A stretch of 64,000 nucleotides of DNA, taken from NCBI GenBank assembly GCA_965267535.1, contig OZ254082.1, forward strand, positions 4,409,904-4,473,903. Reading direction: 5' to 3'. The position numbers were made by a program, and so were the translations under genes. The notes beneath the pieces were generated by a model that saw only the letters and a list, made by a program, of their open reading frames with translations, was not told where the DNA came from and made no database searches. Within the stretch, counting starts at the first letter, position 1. Each line of letters opens with the position of its first letter. This stretch comes from Cyclobacteriaceae bacterium. GTDB lineage: Bacteria; Bacteroidota; Bacteroidia; Cytophagales; Cyclobacteriaceae. This document shows, piece by piece, positions 20,742-31,227 of this stretch.

Positions 20742-22367
20742 ATGGAAATCAAAAACTCTAACTATTATATAAAATTACCCCTCCTTCTTTCGATTGCGAT
20801 AGCTGCGGGCATCCTCATTGGTGCCAACATGGCATCTCCGGCCGGCAGTAAAAATGACGTAATCAGCAGTATATTCAAGTTTAGAGAGGTACTGAACTAC
20901 ATAGACAAAAACTATGTAGACGAAGTAGAAACAGACGAACTCGTAGAAACGGCCATTTCTTCCATGCTGGAAGACTTAGACCCCCACACAGTATACCTGC
21001 CAGCCAAAGACCATGAGTACTCCAAGTCAGAACTGGAGGGCAATTTTGATGGTATAGGTATAGAATTCAACATTTTTCGAGACACCATCTACGTAGTGGC
21101 CCCCTTAAGTGGCGGCCCTTCAGAAGAGGTCGGTTTGTTGCCTGGCGATAAAATCATAAAAGTAGACGGTGAAAACGTAGCAGGTGTAGGCATCAACACC
21201 AGAGGGGTATTTGATATACTGAGAGGCCCTAAGGGCAGTGAAGTGACCGTAAGCATCATGCGGAGAAATGTAAAAAACCTTATGGATTTTGAAATTGTAC
21301 GTGACAAAATCCCACAATACTCGCTTGACGCTTCTTACATGGTAGACGATGAAATCGGATACATCAAAATCAACCGATTTTCTTCCACCACCTACAATGA
21401 ATTCAGGGAGGCACTCCAGAAGCTGGTAGAAAAAGGCATGAGTAAGCTCATACTAGACCTGACAGGAAACCCCGGCGGGTATATGGACAGAGCCATCAAA
21501 ATGGCAGATGAATTTTTGCCCTCCGATCCTATGATTGTTTTTACTAAAGGAAAGGAACTACGTTACAATCAGCAACACAAAGCCAGCCGTGAAGGAATTT
21601 TTGAACGTGGCGGACTCATCGTACTGATTGACGAAGGCAGTGCCTCTGCTTCCGAAATTGTATCGGGTGCTATTCAGGATAACGACCGTGGACTAATCGT
21701 GGGACGTAGATCGTTTGGCAAAGGGCTTGTACAGCTGCCTATAGAATTGAGCGATGGCTCTGAGCTACGCCTGACCATATCCAGATACTACACACCCAGC
21801 GGCCGATCCATCCAAAAAGCATATGAAAAAGGACAAAAAGACTACTATCAAGACGGCTTCCACAACCGATACAGTCGGGGTGAAATGTTTAGCGCTGATA
21901 GTATAGACGTAAACGACTCTTTGGTATACAAAACCTCCAAAGGACGTATCGTTTATGGTGGCGGTGGTATAGTACCGGATTATTTTGTACCTCTGGACAC
22001 CACCTACAACAGCGCTTACCTGAGCAAGCTCTTCACTACCGGAACCATACGGGAATACGCCCTGCACTACAACGAAACACACCGCGAGCGTCTGGAAAAA
22101 GAAGGGTTCGAGGCATTCAGAAATTCGTTTATCGTATCTGAAAACATGCTACAGGATTTGGTAAAACTGGCTGAAGCCAATAAGGTGACCTTTAATGAAA
22201 ATCAGTTTAACCACTCCAGGTCACTCATCAAAATCTATGTAAAAGCCCAAATAGCACGGGGCATATGGAAAAACGATGGTTTCTACCCTATCTTCAATGA
22301 AACCAACGAGATTTTTCAGCAGGCGCTTGAACTGTTTGATGAGGCAGAGCAGCTGGCCGCCAAATAA
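20742..22367 (+). CDS. S41 family C-terminal processing protease (CtpA/Prc)
   Basis: LDPHT, PDZ (GIGIEF..GDKIIKVDG), LDLTGNPGG, SASASEIVSGAIQD, RSFGKGLVQ, RYYTPSGRSIQ. Confidence 0.93.
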   Translation: MEIKNSNYYIKLPLLLSIAIAAGILIGANMASPAGSKNDVISSIFKFREVLNYIDKNYVDEVETDELVETAISSMLEDLDPHTVYLPAKDHEYSKSELEGNFDGIGIEFNIFRDTIYVVAPLSGGPSEEVGLLPGDKIIKVDGENVAGVGINTRGVFDILRGPKGSEVTVSIMRRNVKNLMDFEIVRDKIPQYSLDASYMVDDEIGYIKINRFSSTTYNEFREALQKLVEKGMSKLILDLTGNPGGYMDRAIKMADEFLPSDPMIVFTKGKELRYNQQHKASREGIFERGGLIVLIDEGSASASEIVSGAIQDNDRGLIVGRRSFGKGLVQLPIELSDGSELRLTISRYYTPSGRSIQKAYEKGQKDYYQDGFHNRYSRGEMFSADSIDVNDSLVYKTSKGRIVYGGGGIVPDYFVPLDTTYNSAYLSKLFTTGTIREYALHYNETHRERLEKEGFEAFRNSFIVSENMLQDLVKLAEANKVTFNENQFNHSRSLIKIYVKAQIARGIWKNDGFYPIFNETNEIFQQALELFDEAEQLAAK

Positions 22368-22389
22368 AAACAGGTGCTACTGACAAAAA

Positions 22390-23139
22390 TTAAGTTAACG
22401 TTAAAGGCTGCATATCGGAAGAATAGTAATGCAGCCCTACTATGGCCGTTTTGTTTAGCGGACCTTGTATATGAGGAAAGTGGCAATCTCGCTCCTCGCT
22501 ATACACATACGTAACTGCAGGTATAAGTAGTCCCGGCGCTATCACCAGCAATACCATGCTCTCCCTTCCTGAGTAGTAGCGTGTATAGGTATCCGCAAGA
22601 TTGTCTGCTGTAGAGGCATGAATAAACCCTTCATCAGAAAAAGAACCCGGTGTGTATTGCTCATCAGTAAGGTGGCGCTCCCACTCTTCAGGCTCTGCCA
22701 GATGGTATATATATTGGCTTTCTCTATGCATGGTAGCTCGTTGGCTGGTTTGAAAAAACACCAAAAATCGTCTTAAGCTTGATTTTACTCGCTTCAAAAG
22801 GAAGATTGAATTGTGCCCCTTTTCGATTAACTCTAAGGCTTCTTTTCCCACAAACCCGTAATACAATACCGCAAAAAAGACAAAAACAAACAACAAGTTA
22901 AGCTGACGATGATACCACCCCATAGACAGTGCAATGATCCCCATAGATGTGCCTATACCTCCTAGTACCAAAGGCACAATCAGCTTTTTTACTCCTACAG
23001 CCAATTGCTGAATGCTACTCTTGTAAAACATTTGCGCCTTTCCCTGATATACTACAATGAGCTTATCGTGTGTTAGCATCAATTGATTGCGCGTGTCTCC
23101 ATCGGCACCCAGGTAGCATAGCAGTAGTATTGGATCCAT
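22390..23139 (-). CDS. Membrane protein with C-terminal DUF952 domain
   Basis: Two TM helices, then YIYHLA..EW..Y..GS..EGFIHAST...FPHIQGPLNKTAIV, the DUF952 signature. Confidence 0.8.
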   Translation of the reverse strand: MDPILLLCYLGADGDTRNQLMLTHDKLIVVYQGKAQMFYKSSIQQLAVGVKKLIVPLVLGGIGTSMGIIALSMGWYHRQLNLLFVFVFFAVLYYGFVGKEALELIEKGHNSIFLLKRVKSSLRRFLVFFQTSQRATMHRESQYIYHLAEPEEWERHLTDEQYTPGSFSDEGFIHASTADNLADTYTRYYSGRESMVLLVIAPGLLIPAVTYVYSEERDCHFPHIQGPLNKTAIVGLHYYSSDMQPLTLT

Positions 23140-23163
23140 GTCTATCGAAAATATTCAGGCAAT

Positions 23164-24024
23164 TTACACTGACAAAAACTCAACGGTTTTCTCTAAAGCC
23201 TCCAGTGCATGGTCCGGCAAATTCTTTTGTGGATAAGGATGCCCTCCCCCAAAAACATGATTAGCACCTTCTACTGTAACCAGTGTTGCTTTGGGGTTTT
23301 CATTGCGCAAAGTAGTAGCCGCCTGATAGGGTACAGTCTCATCCTCTGTACCGTGTACAATCAAATGTGGAATTGTCAGCCTTTTTTCTGCACTGGTCAC
23401 GCTCAGCCGCTGTTCGTTTGCCAGATAGTCTTCCACGATCTGATAATAAAGAGGCATTTCCTGCTTGGTTCGGGAGTTAAAAATATAATGCACACCACTT
23501 TGCTTCCATTGAGGCAATATATCCATGGGAATAACAGACGTAAGAGCAGCTACAGAAGCCCACGTCACCAGCTTTTTCACCCGGCTGTCTTCGGCCGATT
23601 TGACAATAGAGATACCTCCCCCTCTGCTATGCCCCATCAGGGTCAATGCCCCGGCATCTCTTTCTTCTACAGGCACTACACAAGCATCGCCTGTGAGATA
23701 ATCAATAGCCTGGCCTATGTCGTTTAGTTCTGTCGTATAGTTGTTCTGACCAAAAGCCTCCAAATCCGCAAAATCCAAAGGAGCCTCGGGCGTAGTACCA
23801 TTGTGCGACAGGTTTATCTTGGCAAAAACAAAACCCCGACTCGCACAATAGTCAGCCATAAGGTCAAAATACCCCCAGTCTTTAAATCCTTTAAAGCCAT
23901 GAATAAACAAAACAATCGGTTTAGCCTCTCCATTGGAGACATAGCGCACGTCTCCCAAAAAAACACGCTGATGATGGATTCCTTTCAGGGTAAAGTCTTC
24001 TCTTTTTATGTCCATATATGGCAA
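23164..24024 (-). CDS. Alpha/beta hydrolase
   Basis: HGFKGFKDWG, nucleophile GHSRGG, HGTEDETV, GANHVFG. Confidence 0.9.
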   Translation of the reverse strand: MPYMDIKREDFTLKGIHHQRVFLGDVRYVSNGEAKPIVLFIHGFKGFKDWGYFDLMADYCASRGFVFAKINLSHNGTTPEAPLDFADLEAFGQNNYTTELNDIGQAIDYLTGDACVVPVEERDAGALTLMGHSRGGGISIVKSAEDSRVKKLVTWASVAALTSVIPMDILPQWKQSGVHYIFNSRTKQEMPLYYQIVEDYLANEQRLSVTSAEKRLTIPHLIVHGTEDETVPYQAATTLRNENPKATLVTVEGANHVFGGGHPYPQKNLPDHALEALEKTVEFLSV

Positions 24025-24254
24025 TTTTTTCTTCTTTGAATAAACAAAACTGAAGATATTGAATCTTGATAATGATTTGCCTTTCTGAGCTACTTTTTAT
24101 TAACAAAAAAGACAAAACCCAAACCGGATAACAATGCGGTTTTTACCAGACCAATAGCCCACAGGCTCTTGTAAAAAGGAAATTTACTTTGCTCCGGCAA
24201 ATATTTTTGCTACGGATAAACTCCTAACCAACATTATATTATTATTGCACTCCA

Positions 24255-25229
24255 ATGCCGATTAAGATAGCTGACATACAGGCACCCATCGCACACGAGA
24301 TGGCTGAATTTGAAAAAAAATTCAGAAATTCTATGAAGAGCAACGTCATGTTGCTCGACAAAATAATGACCTACATCGTGAAGCGAAAAGGCAAACAGAT
24401 GCGCCCCATGTTTGTCTTTCTTAGCGCTGGCACCACTGGCAAAGTAGACGAATCGAGTTATAGGGGAGCTTCTCTGATCGAACTGCTACATACTGCCACC
24501 CTGGTACACGACGATGTAGTAGACGACTCCAACTACCGAAGAGGTTTTTTTTCCGTAAACGCACTCTGGAAAAACAAAATAGCAGTGTTGGTCGGCGACT
24601 TTCTGCTGTCAAGAGGCATGCTACTGTCGATAGAAAATGAAGATTTTGGTTTGTTGAAAATCGTTTCGGAAGCTATTCGAGAAATGAGCGAAGGGGAGCT
24701 TCTGCAAATGGAAAAAGCTAAAAAACTCAACATCACCGAAGAGGTATACTACGAAATCATTCGTCAGAAAACGGCCAGTCTGATTACTGCCTGCTGCAAA
24801 GTAGGTGCTGCATCGTCCGGGGCTGATACTGAAGCGGTGACTCGTATGGGTGAATTTGGAGAAAAAGTAGGCATGGCCTTTCAGATCAAAGACGACCTTT
24901 TCGACTATGGCGTACAGGAAATAGGCAAACCTCTCGGGATAGATATCCGCGAAAAAAAAATGACCCTGCCTCTTATTTATGCCCTGCAAAATGCTTCCTG
25001 GTCTGAAAAAACCCGCATCAAAAACATCATCAAACACCAAAGTGAAAACACGAAAAAGGTAAACGAGGTTATTCGATTTGTAAAAGACAAAGGAGGCATT
25101 GAATATGCTGAATCTGTCATGAATACCTACCACCAAGATGCGCTCGGCATTTTGCATTCGTTTCCGGAATCTCCAAGCCGAACCTCCCTGGAACAACTCG
25201 TGCAATACACCATTGACCGCACGAAATAG
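24255..25229 (+). CDS. ispB: Polyprenyl diphosphate synthase (IspB-like)
   Basis: GKQMRP, first DDxxD (HDDVVD), second DDxxD (KDDLFD), GKPLGIDIREKKMTLPLI. Confidence 0.9.
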   Translation: MPIKIADIQAPIAHEMAEFEKKFRNSMKSNVMLLDKIMTYIVKRKGKQMRPMFVFLSAGTTGKVDESSYRGASLIELLHTATLVHDDVVDDSNYRRGFFSVNALWKNKIAVLVGDFLLSRGMLLSIENEDFGLLKIVSEAIREMSEGELLQMEKAKKLNITEEVYYEIIRQKTASLITACCKVGAASSGADTEAVTRMGEFGEKVGMAFQIKDDLFDYGVQEIGKPLGIDIREKKMTLPLIYALQNASWSEKTRIKNIIKHQSENTKKVNEVIRFVKDKGGIEYAESVMNTYHQDALGILHSFPESPSRTSLEQLVQYTIDRTK

Positions 25230-25231
25230 AA

Positions 25232-26590
25232 TTAATACTTTTCGTAAATGAGTTTCAGTGTCTTTTCCATTTCCGATTTTACCGGAGAGGAAGAGGAATT
25301 GTAGTTGTTGTGCATAAAACTAAAAGTGAGTAACCTCCCCGACCGTGTACGAATATACCCCGACAGGCAATGATTGTTGGTAAATGTTCCCGTTTTCGCA
25401 AATACATAGGGCTCTCCCGCTGACCCCTTATACCAATGCCTCAATGTCCCGTCGACACCCCCCGCCGGCAACAACGAAAGCAAGGTATGTTCGGGCAATT
25501 CTTTTTTTAGTTTTTCCAACAGCACAACCATAGATCTGGGTGTAAACAAATTGTAGCGAGACAACCCCGATCCGTCGCGCCATACCGGCGGAGACGGCAA
25601 ATCAGCAAGATGTGTAGCGGCCATATAGGCCCTGATACTCTCGGCATTGAGTTTATCACCACGCTCTGCAGCACAGAGGTACAGTATCTGTTCGGCTAAA
25701 AAATTATCGCTCGCTTTGAGCATCCAGGCATATAGCTCATTTACACTACCCCCATACACCGTACTCACCTCCTGCCTATCCTGAAAAGGAATCATCCTGA
25801 CTGGCTTGGCCAGGGTATCACTTAGCAGCGTTACAAACAATTCATCCGAGACTTTGAAGGGTACACGGTTTTTATAATTACTCTTTTTGCTATCCGGATA
25901 ATATTGAAAAATATTGTACTCCACCCCGCGACTAGGACCTGTACCTACTTCCTCCTCACCGAGAATATCCGTAAAGTCTTCAAAAAAAGAAGGCACAATG
26001 TAATGGCTCTCCGATAGCGTGTCGTAAAGAAAATGAACCATATTGCCATAAATAGGCATAGCAGAACGCTCTGTTTGAAAATAATACGAGTAGTCGTCCC
26101 ATGCCCACCCGGCACCAAAGTGAGTGTCTTCAAAATTTCCCGGAGCATAATACAACTGCTTATCTGTGTTTTTCAACAAATCGAAAGCAGGCTGATAAGC
26201 AAAATCAGGATGCAAAAAAGTAGGATCTCCCGTACCCCAGAAAATGAGAGAATCTCCTGAAACCGTATACTTCATGGAGGGGATACTATTACTCAGCAAT
26301 TTTAAGCCCGCATAAAATGTAAACAATTTGGTGTTGGATGCTGGTGTAAAATACTTATCTGCATTGTGCTCTTGCAAATACGCTCCACTCTCCGGGTCGT
26401 AAAGCACAAACCCGGTAAAGTGACGCTGAAAGAGGGGCGACTTTTCTACGCTTTTGCGTACTGTGCTGTTAGCTATGTGCTCCTTGAACACTGTACATGA
26501 GCTCAAAACCACAACTGATACAACAACCTGAAAAAAGAAGAATACACGCATGTAGCGAATATATAAATTGCCCGACTGGGAAGCGAACAT
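25232..26590 (-). CDS. dacB: D-alanyl-D-alanine carboxypeptidase/endopeptidase (peptidase S13, PBP4)
   Basis: SxxK (PASNTK), SDN, KTG motifs; DGSGLSRYN; likely start 26551 with lipoprotein signal LSSC. Confidence 0.9.
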   Translation of the reverse strand: MFASQSGNLYIRYMRVFFFFQVVVSVVVLSSCTVFKEHIANSTVRKSVEKSPLFQRHFTGFVLYDPESGAYLQEHNADKYFTPASNTKLFTFYAGLKLLSNSIPSMKYTVSGDSLIFWGTGDPTFLHPDFAYQPAFDLLKNTDKQLYYAPGNFEDTHFGAGWAWDDYSYYFQTERSAMPIYGNMVHFLYDTLSESHYIVPSFFEDFTDILGEEEVGTGPSRGVEYNIFQYYPDSKKSNYKNRVPFKVSDELFVTLLSDTLAKPVRMIPFQDRQEVSTVYGGSVNELYAWMLKASDNFLAEQILYLCAAERGDKLNAESIRAYMAATHLADLPSPPVWRDGSGLSRYNLFTPRSMVVLLEKLKKELPEHTLLSLLPAGGVDGTLRHWYKGSAGEPYVFAKTGTFTNNHCLSGYIRTRSGRLLTFSFMHNNYNSSSSPVKSEMEKTLKLIYEKY

Positions 26591-26675
26591 CCCCTATGTA
26601 AAAAACTTGTACAGTTCGTTCTCTTCCCTGAAAATATAGCTAACTTAGGTCAGTGGTGCCAACTCATATCTACCT

Positions 26676-27644
26676 ATGCTAAAAAAGCTGCTGTCGGTCT
26701 GCATTTGTCTACTAATTGTCCCTGTTTCCGGATTCCCCTGGGGCTTTTTTGCTCACAAGCGCATCAACAAGCTAGCGGTATACACGCTCCCTCCCGAAAT
26801 GATGCCTTTTTATAAAAAGTATATCCGCTACATCGAAGAAAACGCCGTAAACCCGGATATGCGACGCTATTCAGTAGAAGGGGAAGCTCCCAGACACTAC
26901 ATCGACCTGGACGTATACGGCGACAGTGCCCTATATACTATGCCCCACTCCTGGCACGAGGCAGTAGCACGCTATACTGAAGATACCCTCATGACATACG
27001 GCATAGTACCCTGGCATATCGTAACGGTAAAAAACTGGCTGACCAGGGCCTTTAAGATCGGAGATGTAGACGCCATACTCAGACTATCGGCGGATTTGGG
27101 CCACTACATAGGCGATGCTCATGTACCTCTTCACACTACCGAAAACTACAACGGACAGCTGAGCGGGCAATACGGTATTCATGGCTTTTGGGAATCTCGC
27201 CTGCCGGAATTGACCTCTGATGAGTATGACTACTGGGTGGGCAAAGCCGAATACATAGAAAACCCTCAGGAAACAGCCTGGCGTGCTGTTGCCGAATCGC
27301 ACATGGCAGTTGACTCAGTACTAAGTCTGGAAAAAACACTGTCGGAAAAGTTTCCACCGGACAAACGATACAGCTACGAACAGCGGGGCTCTACCACCTC
27401 CAAAGTGTATTCCAGAAAGTATTCTCTGGCGTATCACAAGCTCCTCGGCGATCAGGTAGAACGACGCATGAGAGCATCAATCAAAATGATAGGTGACTTT
27501 TGGTATACCTGCTGGATAGATGCCGGACAACCCGACATGCTCGCCATGATGCAAAAAGGGCTATCTGAAAAACAACAACAAAAACTCGAAGAAGACATTC
27601 GTCTCTGGAACAGACGCACTATCATATCCAGACCCCATAATTAA
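26676..27644 (+). CDS. Zinc-dependent phospholipase C / S1-P1 nuclease family protein
   Basis: Signal peptide then WGFFAHKRIN; HYIDLD; HYIGDAHVPLH; IHGFWE. Confidence 0.85.
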   Translation: MLKKLLSVCICLLIVPVSGFPWGFFAHKRINKLAVYTLPPEMMPFYKKYIRYIEENAVNPDMRRYSVEGEAPRHYIDLDVYGDSALYTMPHSWHEAVARYTEDTLMTYGIVPWHIVTVKNWLTRAFKIGDVDAILRLSADLGHYIGDAHVPLHTTENYNGQLSGQYGIHGFWESRLPELTSDEYDYWVGKAEYIENPQETAWRAVAESHMAVDSVLSLEKTLSEKFPPDKRYSYEQRGSTTSKVYSRKYSLAYHKLLGDQVERRMRASIKMIGDFWYTCWIDAGQPDMLAMMQKGLSEKQQQKLEEDIRLWNRRTIISRPHN

Positions 27645-27648
27645 CCCG

Positions 27649-28308
27649 TTAGAGGCTTTTCATCTGCTGAATAGTAGCCTGTGGATCTTCTGTATTGTAA
27701 ATCCCCGAACCCGATACAACGATATCTGCTCCTGCATCTATCACTTCCTTTAAGTTGTCGAGTTTTACACCTCCGTCTATTTCTATCGCTATGTGGTCAA
27801 GCCCTCGGTCCTGCAGTATTTTTTTCAGCTTCGCTATCTTAGTCAGGGTTTCAGGTATCAGCTTCTGCCCTCCAAATCCGGGGTTCACTGACATTATCAG
27901 CACAAAATCCAACACCGGCAATATCTCGTCGAGCGTACTCAGGGGCGTGTGAGGGTTGAGAACCACTCCAGCCTGGCAGTTGTGTTCTTTGATCAACTGA
28001 ATGGTTCTGTGCAAGTGCGGGCAGGTTTCTACATGTACCGAAATCATGTCTGCACCGGCCTTTGCAAAGTCTGGAATATACTGGTCAGGGTTAGTAATCA
28101 TCAAATGCACATCTATAGGCAATTCGGTACATTTTCTTATATCTTTCAGTACCAAAGGCCCTATGGTCAGGTTGGGCACGAAATGCCCGTCCATAACATC
28201 GTAGTGAATAATATCTGCGCCTCCCTCATCTACGAGTTTTATATCGTCTCCAAGGCGCGAAAAATCAGCCGATAATATAGATGGTGCTATTTTTATGTTT
28301 CTGTTCAT
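27649..28308 (-). CDS. rpe: Ribulose-phosphate 3-epimerase
   Basis: IAPSILSADF, HYDVMDGHFVPN, DVHLM, MSVNPGFGGQ, EIDGG; start MNRN at 28308. Confidence 0.96.
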   Translation of the reverse strand: MNRNIKIAPSILSADFSRLGDDIKLVDEGGADIIHYDVMDGHFVPNLTIGPLVLKDIRKCTELPIDVHLMITNPDQYIPDFAKAGADMISVHVETCPHLHRTIQLIKEHNCQAGVVLNPHTPLSTLDEILPVLDFVLIMSVNPGFGGQKLIPETLTKIAKLKKILQDRGLDHIAIEIDGGVKLDNLKEVIDAGADIVVSGSGIYNTEDPQATIQQMKSL

Positions 28309-28496
28309 TACTTTTGCGGGCAATTGTATTTGATTTTGCAAGTATAGGGAAATAAAAAGTGCATTCGTACTGCAGCTGTAAGATATTGTAAAAGCAAGAT
28401 CCTACCCGCTAAACGAATCTCCCGGATCAAAAACACACAGGCAATAAAATGGTAAGCAATGAAGATAATGCTATATTGCCGCCATAAACTACAGCT

Positions 28497-30194
28497 ATGA
28501 GGCAAATCGTACTGAGAAAGAGGAGAAAAAAGACGAAATACACCCCAATATTAAAGGACTCAAAAAGCTGGCCGGTAGTACAAATGGCCAAAAAGAGAGA
28601 AGAGTTTGTCAATCTGGTGTTTGAGGAAAGTTACGAAACTTTACTGGAAGCCCCCAGAGGAAAATCTCTGCGCGAAGAGTTGGAAACCACGGTATACAGA
28701 GAGCTGCAGCGCATCAAACACAACCCCTGGAAGGTAGACCCAAAAGACGAAAAAAAGTATTTTGAGTCGCTGCAAAAGCAAATAGCAGACACAGAAATAC
28801 TGCCCGAAGAAGAGGCCGAAAAAAAACTTAAGGAAATTCTGAAAGACCTGACTCACCGCTATGCGGAAGAAATAGCAGGCAACTTTCGTCACACCTGGTA
28901 TCGGCTTACCCGCACACTCATTACGATCGGCTTTGCCCGATTACTCAATGCAGCCCGGGTAAGAGGGCCCTGGTCGCTGTTTAGCAACCAACTCGACCTG
29001 GACGACAAGATACACATAGTGGGCGAAAACGATCAGATACGAAAGCTCGCCCGACTAGGTACTGTAGTTATGGTACCTACACACTTTAGCAACCTGGATT
29101 CCCCGCTTATAGGCTGGGTCATACAGTACCTGGGATTACCTCCTTTTATTTATGGGGCCGGACTGAACCTGTTCAATGTCAAGATTTTTTCATACTTCAT
29201 GAATAGCCTCGGCGCATACAAGGTAGACAGGAGAAAAAAGAATGCAATTTATCTGGAGACACTCCGCACATACTCAACCATTGCACTGCGCGAAGGATGC
29301 CACAGCCTGTTTTTTCCGGGTGGCACCCGCTCACGATCGGGTAAAATCGAAAAAACACTTAAACTCGGCTTACTCGGCACAGCCATAGAAGCCCAGAGGC
29401 AGATATACCAAAACGAAGACAACATTGCTTCACGTAAAATTTTTATCGTACCGGTTACGATCAATTATCACTTTGTGCTGGAAGCCCCAAGCCTGATCAA
29501 CGACTATCTGAAACGAAAAGGCCAGCAACGCTACTTTGTAGAAAGTGATGAATACACCTCTTCTTACAAGATAGCTAAGTTTCTGGTAAAGTTTTTCACA
29601 CAGGGATCAGGCGTATCAGTATCTATAGGCAGAGCCATAGACGTAGTGGGCAACTACGTAGATGACAATGGCAACAGTGTAGACAAAAAAGGCAACCCCG
29701 TAGACCTGAGAGATTACTTCCGATCGGGCGGTGAAATAACCGAAGATACTCAGCGCGAGCAGGAATATAACCGTATTTTGGGCAAGCGTATCGTAGAAGA
29801 ATTTCACAAAAACAATCGGGTGCTTTCCAGTCATCTGCTTGCTTTTACTGCTTTCAAAATGATTGGTAAGCGTTTTAGCCACATGGACTTGTATGGTTTG
29901 CTCAGGCTCCCCGATCAGGATCTTATCATCCCTTACGATGAGTTTAAAGAGAAAGTGAGCTTTTTTCTCGATATAATCAAAGCCATGAAACAACGCGGCG
30001 AGGTGAGTATGGGCGATCACATGATGCAAGAAACAGATGACATCATAGCGCATGGCTTGCGCAATCTGGGCATGTATCATCCGGTAAGACCTCTGGCTCG
30101 AAATAAGAAAGGCGATATTGTAGTACAAAACATGAATCTGTTGTACTTTTATCATAACAGACTGCTGGGGTATGACCTTGAAAAACTCATCTAA
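28497..30194 (+). CDS. Glycerol-3-phosphate / lysophospholipid acyltransferase (PlsB-like)
   Basis: HX4D motif (PTHFSNLD), FFPGGTRSRSG block, adjacent to gpsA. Confidence 0.85.
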   Translation: MRQIVLRKRRKKTKYTPILKDSKSWPVVQMAKKREEFVNLVFEESYETLLEAPRGKSLREELETTVYRELQRIKHNPWKVDPKDEKKYFESLQKQIADTEILPEEEAEKKLKEILKDLTHRYAEEIAGNFRHTWYRLTRTLITIGFARLLNAARVRGPWSLFSNQLDLDDKIHIVGENDQIRKLARLGTVVMVPTHFSNLDSPLIGWVIQYLGLPPFIYGAGLNLFNVKIFSYFMNSLGAYKVDRRKKNAIYLETLRTYSTIALREGCHSLFFPGGTRSRSGKIEKTLKLGLLGTAIEAQRQIYQNEDNIASRKIFIVPVTINYHFVLEAPSLINDYLKRKGQQRYFVESDEYTSSYKIAKFLVKFFTQGSGVSVSIGRAIDVVGNYVDDNGNSVDKKGNPVDLRDYFRSGGEITEDTQREQEYNRILGKRIVEEFHKNNRVLSSHLLAFTAFKMIGKRFSHMDLYGLLRLPDQDLIIPYDEFKEKVSFFLDIIKAMKQRGEVSMGDHMMQETDDIIAHGLRNLGMYHPVRPLARNKKGDIVVQNMNLLYFYHNRLLGYDLEKLI

Positions 30195-31227
30195 AGCAAT
30201 GATCGGTGTAGTAGGTGCCGGTAGCTTCGGCACTGCCATATCCAATATGATCGCCGAGCGATCGCCCGTACTGCTTTATGTGCGCGACAAGGAAAAAGCC
30301 GCTACCATAGCCAAAACCCGGAAAAATCAGGGCAATGATGTACACCCAAACATCACCATCACCAATACGCTGCAGGAAATAGCCGACCAGTGCGAAATCA
30401 TTTTTCCCATTGTACCTTCGGCCAACTTTAGAAGTATGATGCGGCAGCTGGCTCCTTTTCTCAGGCCATACCATATTCTGATTCATGGTACAAAAGGGCT
30501 CGACCTAAGTATAGGCAAAGACGAAATAATAGACAAAAAGAACCCGCTCACGCGCAAGCATGTAAAAACCATGAGTGAGGTGATAAAAGAAGAGAGCTGC
30601 GTACTGCGTGTGGGATGCCTCGCCGGCCCTAATCTGGCCAAAGAAATCCAAATGCACCAACCCGCCGCTACTGTAGTAGCCAGCCATTTTGAAGAAGTAA
30701 TAGATGCCGGTCAAAAATTGCTAAAAAACGACCGTTTTCTTGTGTACGGCAGCAACGACCTGATCGGCATAGAACTCTGCGGCATCTTGAAAAACATCAT
30801 CGCTATAGCAGCCGGGGCTATCAGTGGCATGGGTATGGGAGAAAACTCAAAATCGCTCCTTATAAGCAGGGGAATGGTAGAAATGATACACATAGGTAAA
30901 GCGCTGGGAGGCAATACACAAGCTTTTCTGGGGCTGGCAGGTCTGGGCGATCTGGTAGCTACCTGTACTTCAAAGCTCAGCCGCAACTATACCGTAGGCT
31001 ATCGCCTTGCTCAGGGCGAACCTTTGCAGCACATCATAGACACCATGGAAGAAGTGGCTGAAGGAGTAAACACGGTGAACATCATCAATAAACTGGCCAT
31101 AAGCTACGACATCAGATGTCCGATCACCGAAACCCTTCTCAAGATTTTTGAAGGAAAAATGACCGTGAAAGAATCTTACGCTTTCTTTATGAAATTTCCC
31201 TTCCGCACAGAAATTGATTTTATCTAA
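30172..31227 (+). CDS. gpsA: NAD(P)H-dependent glycerol-3-phosphate dehydrogenase
   Basis: GAGSFGTA, GPNLAKE, LKNIIAIAAG, GLGDLVATC, SRNYTVG, AEGV. Confidence 0.95.
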   Translation: MTLKNSSKAMIGVVGAGSFGTAISNMIAERSPVLLYVRDKEKAATIAKTRKNQGNDVHPNITITNTLQEIADQCEIIFPIVPSANFRSMMRQLAPFLRPYHILIHGTKGLDLSIGKDEIIDKKNPLTRKHVKTMSEVIKEESCVLRVGCLAGPNLAKEIQMHQPAATVVASHFEEVIDAGQKLLKNDRFLVYGSNDLIGIELCGILKNIIAIAAGAISGMGMGENSKSLLISRGMVEMIHIGKALGGNTQAFLGLAGLGDLVATCTSKLSRNYTVGYRLAQGEPLQHIIDTMEEVAEGVNTVNIINKLAISYDIRCPITETLLKIFEGKMTVKESYAFFMKFPFRTEIDFI

